Source: an uncultured Muribaculaceae bacterium | GTDB taxonomy: Bacteria > Cyanobacteriota > Vampirovibrionia > Gastranaerophilales > Gastranaerophilaceae | NCBI GenBank assembly: GCA_964550875.1 | Contig: CAZKAS010000002.1 | Location: forward strand, 15,806-79,805 | Length of the DNA: 64,000 nucleotides | Direction: 5' to 3' | Part shown: positions 1 to 10,641 of the stretch, in pieces | Layout of the letters: each line of letters opens with the position of its first letter | Numbering within the stretch: position 1 is the first letter of the stretch | Notes under the pieces: model-generated | Seen by the model: only the letters and a program-made list of their open reading frames with translations | Told to the model about the DNA's origin: nothing | Database searches by the model: none | Translations under genes and position numbers: made by a program

Positions 1-325
1 CCGAAGGATCTGCAACATCATCTCGTTCAATAAGCATTCCGATATATGCTTGTGATTCCCTCATTGCAGGAGAATAGTCCAATCCCAATGTTGAAAATTT
101 GTTAAATTTTGCAGGAAATTGAACATATTTGTTTTGATAATTGTACGGATTTAAAACTATTGCCGTTGGTGTTTGAATAGTTATATACTCAACTTTTTCT
201 TTTGTTGAAACTATTGGAGCTTTGGGTTTGTATTGATGTTGAGGCGCTGCCGCAAACGCTGTTTCTCCTGCTCCGACAGAAACTAGCAATATAAATGTCA
301 TAAATGTGTTTATAAGTTTTTTCAT
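1..325 (-). CDS. Secreted hypothetical protein, partial (C-terminus runs off the left window edge)
   Basis: Absent from the ORF track because it is truncated. ATG is the rc of 323-325, with a GAGGA-like RBS a few nt upstream (rc of ~330-335). Translation MKKLINTFMTFILLVSVGAGETAFAAAPQHQYKPK... has a signal-peptide-like N-terminus, and the frame stays open to base 1. Confidence 0.4.
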   Translation of the reverse strand, partial: MKKLINTFMTFILLVSVGAGETAFAAAPQHQYKPKAPIVSTKEKVEYITIQTPTAIVLNPYNYQNKYVQFPAKFNKFSTLGLDYSPAMRESQAYIGMLIERDDVADPS

Positions 326-394
326 AAATTCCTCTTCTTCAATACTATTTTAGCACGTTTTTCTTAAATATGAACTACCTGTTTTTTTAGTTAG

Positions 395-1339
395 TTATCC
401 AAATAATTTTGTAATAAAACTTCTCGCTACAGATGTCGCTTCTTCAAAATTTTGTTGATTATCCCAAAAATCTGGTCTATCAATGTATTTTGATACAATT
501 TTTCTCGCATATGAACCTACGGCAACTCCGTTTATATTGACTGAACAAATTTCAGAAAGTTCCTTTGTCTTTGAATTTGTACCGCCTGAAAGAATTAAAA
601 ACTGCTTTAAGTTTTCATTCTGAATGAGATTTCCGGTTGCGACTGCCTGTAATGTGGTTGCGTAGTCGTCATTTCCTCCCGACATTGGCGTTCCGTCTGC
701 TTGAATTATTGTCGAATATGGTTTTCTGTTTTGTAAAAGTTTTTTAAGAATTTGTTTTATCTCTTCGTTTGAAAAATATTTACGTCCGATGCAAATACTC
801 AGTATTTTTGGAAAATTTTCTTGTAAGATGTTCCATTTTTCTATACTGTCCTTTTCATTGCCGATATGAAGTTCTATACAATCAATCTCCTCCAAGGGTA
901 ACGAAGAAAGCATTTGTTTTAAATCCGTCTTTTTTTCTTCAAAAAAAATTGATTTTGCTGGACAAGTACTTTCGCATTTCCCGCATCCGATACATTTTTC
1001 GGTGTTGACTTCAAGTTTTGTGTTTATTGCTTTTTGAGGACAGCTTGAAACACAGTTAAAACAACCTAAACAAATTGTTTTATCTATTCTTGCTTTTTGA
1101 AAATGTATATCATTACTCGTTCCAACGCTAATGCAAAGATATTTTTTTTCGTTCGTTTTAACTCGGCTAAGTCCCCTTTTTGCCGCTTTAATGACATTAG
1201 TATCGGCACAAATGTCAAAAAAATTGCAACCTGCTGCAGAATATACGGCAATAAGTTTTTCGACAGCGTCAACATCTTCATTACCTGCACCGCAAATAAG
1301 TTTGAAACAATTTTTTTGTTCTAGTAAATCTTTAAGCAT
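395..1339 (-). CDS. 4Fe-4S di-cluster protein, LdpA-like
   Basis: 314-aa ORF with two ferredoxin-type motifs (CLGCFNCVSSCP, CIGCGKCESTCP). The N-terminal block FKLICGAGNED...AAGCNFFDICAD matches my recollection of cyanobacterial LdpA (KLICGAS...). Its ATG shares a base with the rfbG stop (TAATG on the minus strand at 1341-1337). Confidence 0.5.
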   Translation of the reverse strand: MLKDLLEQKNCFKLICGAGNEDVDAVEKLIAVYSAAGCNFFDICADTNVIKAAKRGLSRVKTNEKKYLCISVGTSNDIHFQKARIDKTICLGCFNCVSSCPQKAINTKLEVNTEKCIGCGKCESTCPAKSIFFEEKKTDLKQMLSSLPLEEIDCIELHIGNEKDSIEKWNILQENFPKILSICIGRKYFSNEEIKQILKKLLQNRKPYSTIIQADGTPMSGGNDDYATTLQAVATGNLIQNENLKQFLILSGGTNSKTKELSEICSVNINGVAVGSYARKIVSKYIDRPDFWDNQQNFEEATSVARSFITKLFG

Positions 1340-2406
1340 TACAAATTTGCTTCATTATATCGGCAAAGACGTTCAAATTCTGCAATTTGAGCCATCGTTA
1401 CCTCTGTCATGTCTTCTTTATCTGCATAGAATTTTTTATACCATTCAACGGTAAAATCAATAGTTTTATCAATATCAAGAGTTGGAGTCCAACCTAAAAG
1501 ATTTTTTGCTTTTTCATTGTTTAAAACAAGTCTGTCATATTCAAAAAATTTGCCGTTTTCATCTTCAACAATTACACCTTGTCCATACACGTTGATAAAT
1601 TTTTGTAAAAAATCTTTAACAGTTAAATTACCATCGCTATTTGCTCCAAAATTGAATGCTTCTGCATACTTTTCTCCGTTTTCGTAAAGATTTTTTGCCA
1701 ACATTAAATATCCGGAAAGTAAATCAAGAATGTGTTGAAAAGGTCTTACAGTTTCAGGATTTCTCAGTTTAATTCTGCTTCCTACTGAAACTTCCTTTAT
1801 AAATTCAGGAATTAATCTGTCTTTTATCCAATCACCGCCACCGATTGCGTTACCTCCACGAGCGGTTGCTATCGGAAATTTTCCTGCTGCTTCCGATTTT
1901 CTGTATGTATCAATCATCATTTCTTTACAAGCCATTGATGCAGAATAAATATTTGCTCCTCCAATTACATCTGTTTCCCTGTTTTCGTCTTTTCTTTCCG
2001 CATAGCAAGCACCACTTGAAATTTCAAGATATGCCTTTACACAGTTACATTTTTTTGCGGCTTCCAAAACATTCATCGCTCCTAAAACATTTGTTTGAAA
2101 TGTAACGGGCGGATTTTGTTCTCCTAAGCTTACAACAGGCTGAGATGCAAGATTAATAACAATTTCGGGCTGAAATCGCTTCATTACGTCATTTAACCTT
2201 TTTATGTCCATAATGTTCCCGAATTCATTTTTACAATGACTGTAAAGACGAACTTCTTCATACATGGAAGGATCTGTATCCGGCTCAAGCGCATATCCTA
2301 AAACGTCTGCTCCGAGTGATTTTAGCCAAAGAGTAAGCCAACAACCTTCAAATCCCGTATGACCGGTTAAAAATACCTTCTTTCCTCTGAAAAAATCATT
2401 AAACAT
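1339..2406 (-). CDS. rfbG: CDP-glucose 4,6-dehydratase
   Basis: 355 aa. N-terminus FFRGKKVFLTGHTGFEGCWLTLWLKSLGADVLGYAL is the characteristic Rossmann start of CDP-glucose 4,6-dehydratases, and the length is typical of extended SDR enzymes. Confidence 0.85.
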   Translation of the reverse strand: MFNDFFRGKKVFLTGHTGFEGCWLTLWLKSLGADVLGYALEPDTDPSMYEEVRLYSHCKNEFGNIMDIKRLNDVMKRFQPEIVINLASQPVVSLGEQNPPVTFQTNVLGAMNVLEAAKKCNCVKAYLEISSGACYAERKDENRETDVIGGANIYSASMACKEMMIDTYRKSEAAGKFPIATARGGNAIGGGDWIKDRLIPEFIKEVSVGSRIKLRNPETVRPFQHILDLLSGYLMLAKNLYENGEKYAEAFNFGANSDGNLTVKDFLQKFINVYGQGVIVEDENGKFFEYDRLVLNNEKAKNLLGWTPTLDIDKTIDFTVEWYKKFYADKEDMTEVTMAQIAEFERLCRYNEANL

Positions 2407-2476
2407 TTAAAAATCCTTCTTTTTTGACATTATCTTAATTATCAGGTGAAATTGAAATAATGTCAATATTAAAGGA

Positions 2477-2902
2477 TTATAAACGTTTATCGGGATTGAG
2501 AATTACAATTTCCCAATTTAAAAAACACGCAAAACATATCCAAATCCAGTACGGTAACAAAAGAGAAAAAGCAATTACTGATGTTTGCGCAAAAAAGTAC
2601 ACCGTTACTCCTACTGCAAATACAAGCATGATTGACAACAACAATGCTGCTCTCGGCATTTCAAAAACAAAAAATATTGGCGACCAAAGAATGTTAAGCA
2701 AAAATTGCAAAATAAAATAACATATCCCTTTTGCCTTTTCAAGGCTGTCCGGCTCTCTTATTACAAAAAATAGTGCCGTAAACATTAAAATATATAAAAT
2801 AATCCATGCTGTTTGAAAAACTTTTGGTTTCGGTGTTATTTTAGGCTTCTTCAAATTTTTATAAAAATTGCTATTGTACATAACTACATTATTTCTTCGC
2901 AA
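2477..2902 (-). CDS. tspO: TspO/MBR family tryptophan-rich sensory protein
   Basis: 141 aa with about 5 TM segments. Family motifs present: LKKPKITPKPKVFQTAWIILY, LNILWSPIFF, LLLPYWIWICFACFLNW. Confidence 0.8.
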   Translation of the reverse strand: MRRNNVVMYNSNFYKNLKKPKITPKPKVFQTAWIILYILMFTALFFVIREPDSLEKAKGICYFILQFLLNILWSPIFFVFEMPRAALLLSIMLVFAVGVTVYFFAQTSVIAFSLLLPYWIWICFACFLNWEIVILNPDKRL

Positions 2903-2998
2903 TAAATCATTTTCATTAGCCTATTAAGCGATTTTAAGAAATATTTATTTTGCGCATAAAAAATTTTTTTAAGTTATAATTAAGTTATGTATTGTTAA

Positions 2999-4423
<1,425 letters not shown>

Positions 4424-4434
4424 CGGAGTTTTAA

Positions 4435-4845
4435 ATGTCTAAAAAAATTCATTTTAAACTTATTACACATGAAAAAATCGTATTTGAAAATGATGTAGAT
4501 GAAATATATTGCAAAGGACTAGAAGGAGGTTTTGGTATTTTAGCAGACCATACTCCTTTTATGAGTGCTTTGGATATTGGTGTTACAAAAGTTGTCAACA
4601 ACGGCGTTTCCGATTATTTTGCAACGGTCGGCGGTGTTTTTCAGGTTTCAAACAATAATGCGGTTCTACTTACCGAAGAAGCTGAAAACGGCAAAGATAT
4701 TGATGTCACTGTTGCAAAAGCCGAAAAAGAAAAACTTGAAGCAAGAAACGGTAATCCTGACAATCAAAAAGATATCGAAAACAAAAATAAAGCTCTTGCA
4801 ATTGCTTTGGCAAAATTTAAAGCCGCAATGAATGAAACAATTTAA
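4435..4845 (+). CDS. atpC: F1 ATP synthase epsilon subunit
   Basis: 136 aa starting 11 nt after atpD. Shows the N-terminal beta-sandwich pattern (LITHEKIVFENDVDEIYCKGLEGGFGILADHTPFMSAL) and a C-terminal helical hairpin. Confidence 0.9.
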   Translation: MSKKIHFKLITHEKIVFENDVDEIYCKGLEGGFGILADHTPFMSALDIGVTKVVNNGVSDYFATVGGVFQVSNNNAVLLTEEAENGKDIDVTVAKAEKEKLEARNGNPDNQKDIENKNKALAIALAKFKAAMNETI

Positions 4846-4853
4846 AGGAAAAT

Positions 4854-5408
4854 ATGCAAAATTTTTGGAAAACAGTTTGGTATACACTTACTCATATAAC
4901 ATTTAAAGGAAGATCCTCAAGAAAAGATTTTCTTTATTGGTTTTTCTTTAATATTTTATTTTCCCTTTGCGTATTTTTGCTTGTTTCTATGCCTGCAAAA
5001 ATGATACAACCTCATATACCGGAGTTGTCAGTTATTGCTCAACTCTCTGCAACCATATACTTTTTGGCAGCTTCCGTTATTACCTTAATAGTTAGCGTGT
5101 GGAAATTTCTTGCTGATATTTGCATTTATGTAAGAAGATTTCACGATTTTGGTAAAAGTGCTTGGTGGCCTTTGTTTTTCTATTGGATAATTGCTTTGGC
5201 AATTACAATTATTCTTGGCGTTGCAATTTCTATTGCTGTTTGCGTAATTTCTAATTTAGGGAAAGAAGCTTCGCATCAAGTATCTTTATTGATTGTTCAA
5301 ATTTTAACGTTAATAAATGCCGTCGTTTATGTTTCAATTTCCCTGTTTAAAAAAGGTGATGTTTGCGAAAACAAATACGGTTTGCCGTCAGAATTAAACA
5401 AAGATTAA
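4854..5408 (+). CDS. DUF805-family inner membrane protein
   Basis: 184 aa. DUF805 signatures are present: FKGRSSRKDFLYWFFF at the N-terminus and RRFHDFGKSAWW, plus multiple TM segments. Confidence 0.75.
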   Translation: MQNFWKTVWYTLTHITFKGRSSRKDFLYWFFFNILFSLCVFLLVSMPAKMIQPHIPELSVIAQLSATIYFLAASVITLIVSVWKFLADICIYVRRFHDFGKSAWWPLFFYWIIALAITIILGVAISIAVCVISNLGKEASHQVSLLIVQILTLINAVVYVSISLFKKGDVCENKYGLPSELNKD

Positions 5409-5433
5409 TATACTTGTATAATCAAATATTACT

Positions 5434-5460
5434 GCGTATAACACCATCTGTGTTATACGC
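5434..5460 (+). terminator. Stem-loop downstream of the first DUF805 gene (possible weak terminator)
   Basis: Perfect 11-bp stem gcgtataacac / gtgttatacgc with a 5-nt loop, 26 nt after the stop. No clean T-run follows, hence the low confidence. Confidence 0.3.
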
Positions 5461-5595
5461 TGCTGTGTTATATATAAATTTAAATGACACTATTTGTGTT
5501 AATGTTTATATGTGGGTGATTAAAAAAAATAAAAATGGGTAATATAGAGTTAGCAGACCTTTTCCATACGATATTAATTAATATAGGAGATATAT

Positions 5596-6123
5596 ATGAT
5601 TACATCGTTCGGCAAAACTATGTGTAACTTTTCATTTAGAACACGAGCAACAAGAAAAGAATTCTTGTGTTTTATGATTATGTGTTTGTTACTTTCATCA
5701 ATTTTCTTTTCATTAATTGCAACTTTTGCGGTTGTTATTTTAGGTTTAAGAGTAGATATTGCGACAGGAGCAATGTCAATTCCTTATAAAATGAAAACGC
5801 TTGGTATTTTACCGTTTATATTAATGAATATCACTATTGGTATCTATGCTATATTTGCGGTTTGGAGTTTTATTGCAGGGTCACTGCTTGCTATAAGACG
5901 TTTGCATGATATGAATTGTTCCGGAATTGGCTATTGGGTTTGGTTTGCGGCAATAATTTCATTTTTGATTAATACATCAGGTATCTTTGCAGGTTTGTTG
6001 TTATATTTCATAGTTGGAAGTGTAATTGCTTTATCTATAACTAAAAGTTACCAATTTGAGAACAAATATGGTAAAGTTGATTTAGAGGAACTTGAATATA
6101 GTATAGAAAATCAACATGGATAA
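5596..6123 (+). CDS. DUF805-family inner membrane protein (paralogue of 4854..5408)
   Basis: 175 aa with FRTRATRKEFLCFMIM and RRLHDMNCSGIGYW motifs. GGAG RBS upstream. Confidence 0.75.
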   Translation: MITSFGKTMCNFSFRTRATRKEFLCFMIMCLLLSSIFFSLIATFAVVILGLRVDIATGAMSIPYKMKTLGILPFILMNITIGIYAIFAVWSFIAGSLLAIRRLHDMNCSGIGYWVWFAAIISFLINTSGIFAGLLLYFIVGSVIALSITKSYQFENKYGKVDLEELEYSIENQHG

Positions 6124-6265
6124 AGACGAAAAGAAAAAAACTAAGAAAAAGGTTAACATAAAAAATATGGGTATTAACATTGACAAAAACGAGTATTATG
6201 AAATAGTTTTGTCAAATTCTGCGCACCCTGAAGACATTTACAGAAACAAATTTAAGGGATACTAA
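6116..6265 (+). CDS. Candidate 49-aa small ORF
   Basis: Hand-translated, below the track cut-off: MDKDEKKKTKKKVNIKNMGINIDKNEYYEIVLSNSAHPEDIYRNKFKGY*. The ATG overlaps the last codons of the DUF805 gene. No recognisable family, so it could be chance. Confidence 0.2.
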   Translation: MDKDEKKKTKKKVNIKNMGINIDKNEYYEIVLSNSAHPEDIYRNKFKGY

Positions 6266-7638
6266 AAAATCAAAATTGCAATCAATGCGAAAATGATTAG
6301 CGGAATATTATAGTGCCAGAAAGTCGGGATACAGGTATCTTTTATGTGATTATGTTGTCCGTCGGCATTTAATCCTGCCGTTGGTCCCAGTGTTGTATCA
6401 GAAGCAGGAGAACCTGCATCTCCGAGTGCTGCGGCTGCTGCCATTATGACAATTGTTGCCGAAACAGAGAATCCTGCACTTTGGCAGATTGGAACAAATA
6501 GTACTGCCAAAATCGGAATTGTTCCAAATGAAGTTCCTATTCCCATTGTGACAAATAGTCCGACAATAAGCATTAGAACGGCTGCGATAAATTTACTTCC
6601 ATGCATTAATGGAGTAATTCCTTGAATTAAAGAATCTATGCTTCCCGTTGATTTTAAAACCATTGCATAACCTGCTGCGATAAGCATTACGAATGCAATG
6701 TATCCCATTAGTCCTACACCTTCTTCAATCATTTTATCTGTTTTATCGTGCTTAATAACGCCTGTTCCAAAAATTATTGTTAGACCTGCAATTGCACCTA
6801 ATGGTAGTGATTTTGTCGCAACTTGGGTCACGAATGTTACAAAAGCTGCAAACAATGTAATTGCGTGTTTTTTACTAAATTCTATTTTTTCTGTATTTTC
6901 AGTTTCTGTTAATGGAGTATTTTTATATTCTCTGGGTTTTCTGTAGGTTATAAATAACGCAATAAGCAAGCCCAAAAACATTCCTATGCCTAAAATCCAA
7001 ACAGAATTAACTATATCATTTTTACCGACTTCAAGTCCGTTTTGTATAAGATTATCTCGAATTAACGTTTGAAAAATGAGCCCAAAACCTGCAGGGACAA
7101 CAATATAAGGTGTTTCTAAACCAAATGCCAATGCACAGGCTATTGCTCGACGGTCAATTTTTAATTTATTCATCAATCCTAATAACGGTGGAACTAAAAT
7201 CGGAATAAATGCAATGTGAACAGGAATAAGATTTTGTGAAAACACTGCCAATATCGTTAAAATTCCAATTAAAACGTATCTGCGTCCTTTTACCACTTCT
7301 GAAATTTTGTCTGCCAAGACTTTTGTTAATCCCGTATGCATCATTGCTGCCGCAAATGTTCCCAGCAAAATGTAACTTAGTGCGGTTTCAGAATTGCCTC
7401 CCATTCCTGAAACAAATGTATTCATAATATCCGCATAAGGGATTTTCAACAATTTTTCAATTATCATTGAAAATGTCCAATGTTCAGAAAAAATACTCAT
7501 TATCGGAAAATAAGATAACACCCCTGCTACGATTGCCGCTATAATCAATGCCAAAAGTACATTGACCTTGCGAACACATAGTATGCAAAGTAAAATAACT
7601 GAAACTATTACAGGGTTAAATATTATACTTAAATCCAT
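6262..7638 (-). CDS. Na+/H+ antiporter-family (YuiF-like) transporter
   Basis: 458 aa, polytopic. The blocks GGNSETALSYILLGTFAAAM, FSQNLIPVHIAFIPILVPPLL and IDRRAIACALAFGLETPYIVVPAGFG closely resemble B. subtilis YuiF as I recall it. Confidence 0.75.
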   Translation of the reverse strand: MDLSIIFNPVIVSVILLCILCVRKVNVLLALIIAAIVAGVLSYFPIMSIFSEHWTFSMIIEKLLKIPYADIMNTFVSGMGGNSETALSYILLGTFAAAMMHTGLTKVLADKISEVVKGRRYVLIGILTILAVFSQNLIPVHIAFIPILVPPLLGLMNKLKIDRRAIACALAFGLETPYIVVPAGFGLIFQTLIRDNLIQNGLEVGKNDIVNSVWILGIGMFLGLLIALFITYRKPREYKNTPLTETENTEKIEFSKKHAITLFAAFVTFVTQVATKSLPLGAIAGLTIIFGTGVIKHDKTDKMIEEGVGLMGYIAFVMLIAAGYAMVLKSTGSIDSLIQGITPLMHGSKFIAAVLMLIVGLFVTMGIGTSFGTIPILAVLFVPICQSAGFSVSATIVIMAAAAALGDAGSPASDTTLGPTAGLNADGQHNHIKDTCIPTFWHYNIPLIIFALIAILIF

Positions 7639-7723
7639 ATTTTAAGTGTACCACGAACAATTTATTTTTTTTATTTCTTTTTGATTTTCTTAACAAAAAC
7701 TTGAAATTTTTTTAAAAGTATGC

Positions 7724-7740
7724 TAACACTATCAGTGTTA
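7724..7740. promoter_or_regulatory. 7-3-7 perfect palindrome, candidate operator upstream of the XRE gene
   Basis: taacact-atc-agtgtta lies 33 nt upstream of the XRE ATG, just downstream of a TTGAAA -35-like hexamer (7701-7706). Confidence 0.35.
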
Positions 7741-7772
7741 TTATTTGTAAATAGTAATTTGAGGATAGGAAG

Positions 7773-8003
7773 ATGAAAGAAGTATCAATTGAAAATATAT
7801 TACATTTGATTAAGCAATTAAGAATTGAATCAGGGCTTTCTCAAGCTCAAGCAGCCAAACTGGCAAATATTTCCACTTCTTTTTATGGAATGATTGAACG
7901 TGGTAATAGGACATTAAGTGTTGAACAGCTTATTGAAATTATTAAAATTTTTGATTTAGGACTTACTGATTTTCTTGAGTTGCTTGAGATAAATGAAAAA
8001 TAG
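7773..8003 (+). CDS. XRE-family helix-turn-helix transcriptional regulator
   Basis: 76 aa. The classic HTH_3 pattern is present: LSQAQAAKLANISTSFYGMIERGNRTLSVEQLIEI. Confidence 0.8.
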   Translation: MKEVSIENILHLIKQLRIESGLSQAQAAKLANISTSFYGMIERGNRTLSVEQLIEIIKIFDLGLTDFLELLEINEK

Positions 8004-8052
8004 TATTTCCCATTTTTATAATTATTGAAAAAGAGTTCATATTCAAAAAATA

Positions 8053-9024
8053 CTATGAATAATTTTCCAAATTCTTTTGCAAATATTCTTTATATTGGTT
8101 TGCGAGGGATTGAGGTTTAATTATTTTACATTTTTCGCCCCATTTAAAAACGTGCCATATAATTTCTTTTTCTCCTCCTGCACAAAATTTAACAGTTACT
8201 GTTCCGTCTTTATTTTCTTTGATTTTTTGTGTTGGGTGAAAATTGTATTTCTTTGCATCTTCTGCCAGTTCTTTTTCAAATTTTAGTTCGATTTGTAATA
8301 TTTCGCCTTGATACACGCCAAATGAACGATTTGTATATTCTTGAAGGTTAAATCCCTGTCTGTCAAATGTGTTATTTGTATTTTTTAACTCTGAAAATTT
8401 ATGCAACAAGTAGTTATAAATGCCGTTTCCTTTATTCTTTTCCCTTGCGACCAGATAAATTTTTGAACCGTAAATTAATCCTAACGGTTCAATTTTTCGT
8501 TCTTTATCGTGGTATATTCCCTTAACTTCCGTATTTGTTTGGAGAGCGTGTCTGATTACCTCAATTGTCTTTACGTCAATTTCATATTGTGGTGTTTGAC
8601 GAACAGCATAACCTTCCGTTTGCATATATAATTCTATATTCGTTTCCAGAGAATTGATTTGTTTTCTGCTATATGCTTTTAATTTTTCTATTGTTTGTTG
8701 CAATTCTCTTTTCATTTCTTTATTAGTTGTTCTTCGTTGCAATTGCTCAATATTGCCGATTTCTTTTGATGAAAAAGAAATGATATTAGAAATAGTAAAA
8801 TTAAGAAATCCCCAGTGTTTATAATTGTCATTCGTTTCAATTTCCGCAACCTGAGGAAATGCATTTAGAATACTGTCACGCATTCTTTCTGCAGTTCTTC
8901 TTGATACCACGTACCTTTCCATTATGTCGTTAATGGTTATTCCCAAGTGTTTTGACTGCATAAATATCGCTAAGTCAATCATATCTGTTATTCTTGAATA
9001 TCGTGGTTTATCATTATTTGTCAT
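8053..9024 (-). CDS. WYL-domain transcriptional regulator (YafY-like)
   Basis: 323 aa. N-terminal winged HTH (ITINDIMERYVVSRRTAERMRDSI), a central WYL-type block (IYHDKERKIEPLGLIYGSKIYLVAREK) and a C-terminal WCX-like region. Start overlaps the upstream gene's stop (ATGA at 9024-9021). Confidence 0.7.
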   Translation of the reverse strand: MTNNDKPRYSRITDMIDLAIFMQSKHLGITINDIMERYVVSRRTAERMRDSILNAFPQVAEIETNDNYKHWGFLNFTISNIISFSSKEIGNIEQLQRRTTNKEMKRELQQTIEKLKAYSRKQINSLETNIELYMQTEGYAVRQTPQYEIDVKTIEVIRHALQTNTEVKGIYHDKERKIEPLGLIYGSKIYLVAREKNKGNGIYNYLLHKFSELKNTNNTFDRQGFNLQEYTNRSFGVYQGEILQIELKFEKELAEDAKKYNFHPTQKIKENKDGTVTVKFCAGGEKEIIWHVFKWGEKCKIIKPQSLANQYKEYLQKNLENYS

Positions 9025-9893
9025 ATTTTTGCTTTTCTTTCTTGTTGAACCTCTCTAAAAGAGGTAAGTTCTGTATCTTGCAAGTATTCTTTCAATTCTT
9101 TAGAACATATTGCCCTTGTTTCTTTCAAGAGTGTTATGTTCTTTTCGCTTAAATCCGGATTACAAATAAGTTCGACAATACCTGAAAATTCTTTGAACCT
9201 TTCAAGACTCTGTTTTATCGTATCTGAATCTTGCATTCTTGAATAACTATTGCCAATAATATAATCATTCGTTTTTAAATCATATTTTTCTAAGGTTTGT
9301 TGGTTAATTTCCGAAAAATAATTTAGAATTTTAACTTTGAAAAAATTAATGTACAAATTTTTATTAAGCCAATTTTTCAATTGAGTTTTATCCAAAAATT
9401 TTTCTGCGAGAAAAAAAACTTCTTTTTGAGTTCTTACTGCCGGTATTTCGTACTCTTTTGCCAATTTGCAGACAAGATTAAATATCTTTGGGATAGAATG
9501 TACGTTATGATGAGAATTTAAAAAATCAGGTTTTGTATATTTTAATACTGCTTCAATTTGAGAACGAAATTCATGTTCAACTTCAAACATAAAATCATCA
9601 TCATTTGATTTTAAAATTATTTGAAAAAAATTTTTGTTAAAGAAACCTTCTTTGTCGTATAACAGACTGTTTTTTTCTTTAGTACGAAGTTTTGATTTGA
9701 ATTCAGTAATGTTTAAATGAATACCCGGACTGACATTTTCCAGAAATTTTAATTTTCTTATAGCATCTTCAAATGCGGGCATATTCGGCATTATTGAAAC
9801 ACTTGTTAAAATGTCGTTATTATAACATTCCAGTACCGATTGATTTACTGTTCTGCTAATTCCAAAATTGTCTGCATTTACTATAAGTTTCAT
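9021..9893 (-). CDS. ChbG/YdjC-family carbohydrate deacetylase
   Basis: 290 aa. N-terminus MKLIVNADNFGISRTVNQSVLECYNNDILTSVSIMPNMP is the YdjC signature. Note ADN where the family usually has ADD. Confidence 0.8.
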   Translation of the reverse strand: MKLIVNADNFGISRTVNQSVLECYNNDILTSVSIMPNMPAFEDAIRKLKFLENVSPGIHLNITEFKSKLRTKEKNSLLYDKEGFFNKNFFQIILKSNDDDFMFEVEHEFRSQIEAVLKYTKPDFLNSHHNVHSIPKIFNLVCKLAKEYEIPAVRTQKEVFFLAEKFLDKTQLKNWLNKNLYINFFKVKILNYFSEINQQTLEKYDLKTNDYIIGNSYSRMQDSDTIKQSLERFKEFSGIVELICNPDLSEKNITLLKETRAICSKELKEYLQDTELTSFREVQQERKAKI

Positions 9894-10133
9894 TTAAATC
9901 CTTTTGTAAAACAATGAACACAAAAATGAGAATAAAAATTTAAAAAAGTAACTCTCAGAAAGTATTATATCAGATATTTAATTATTGGTCATGTTGTTGA
10001 TGTTAAGAACGGTAAAGACCCTGTATGAAAGAAAAGTCGGATAGTCATTGAGTTTTAAGGAAATGTTAAGAATGTCAAAAAAAAACTTAACAAGCATGGA
10101 AAGTTGAATTAAAATTAGAATAGGAAGGCGATT

Positions 10134-10586
10134 ATGGATTTCTTAATTTTTGGGGGACTATTCATCTTCTTGCTGTTATTAGGATACTGGAGCCTAAAAC
10201 GCAGTGAAAAATTGGAATTTGAAAAGAAATTTGAAGAGTTAAACCCGATAATGGGCAAACCTCTTTTGTCAACGGAACCCTACGAGTTACAAAAGAATAA
10301 ATCGATAAAGAACAGTGAACCGGTTACTGCGTCGGTTATTGTTGCGCAACCGTTTTCAATTGCATTGCAAAACAGATGGGTGCATTTTTTCAAGAGTAAA
10401 AAATATTATTCCAAAGAATTTAAACGAGTATCGAAGCTAGCTGTTATAAAGATGCAAAAAACGGCGAATGATGCTCATTTAATAGTTAATGCCAGAGTGC
10501 AGACATCGGTATTGCGTTCAAACAATCCTCTTGAGGCGGACAGAATTTGCGCAGTGGCATACGGAACAGCAATAACATATTACTAA
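10134..10586 (+). CDS. Membrane-anchored hypothetical protein, C-terminus weakly YbjQ/DUF74-like
   Basis: 150 aa with an N-terminal TM (FLIFGGLFIFLLLLGYW). The C-terminal ...NDAHLIVNARVQTS...ICAVAYGTAI resembles the end of the YbjQ family. Weak call. Confidence 0.35.
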   Translation: MDFLIFGGLFIFLLLLGYWSLKRSEKLEFEKKFEELNPIMGKPLLSTEPYELQKNKSIKNSEPVTASVIVAQPFSIALQNRWVHFFKSKKYYSKEFKRVSKLAVIKMQKTANDAHLIVNARVQTSVLRSNNPLEADRICAVAYGTAITYY

Positions 10587-10594
10587 GAAAAATG

Positions 10595-10623
10595 TTGACA
10601 ATTTGTTTTGAGCAAACTAATAT
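10595..10623 (+). promoter_or_regulatory. Sigma-70-type promoter of tRNA-Gln
   Basis: TTGACA (10595-10600), 17-nt spacer, TAATAT (10618-10623). The predicted start is ~12 nt before the mature tRNA 5' end. Confidence 0.6.
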
Positions 10624-10641
10624 ATAGATACAAGTAAATAT

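Noticed and set aside
7773-8003. XRE gene as the antitoxin of a toxin-antitoxin pair
   Set aside because: There is no small partner ORF upstream or downstream. The next gene is convergent and is a full-size WYL regulator.
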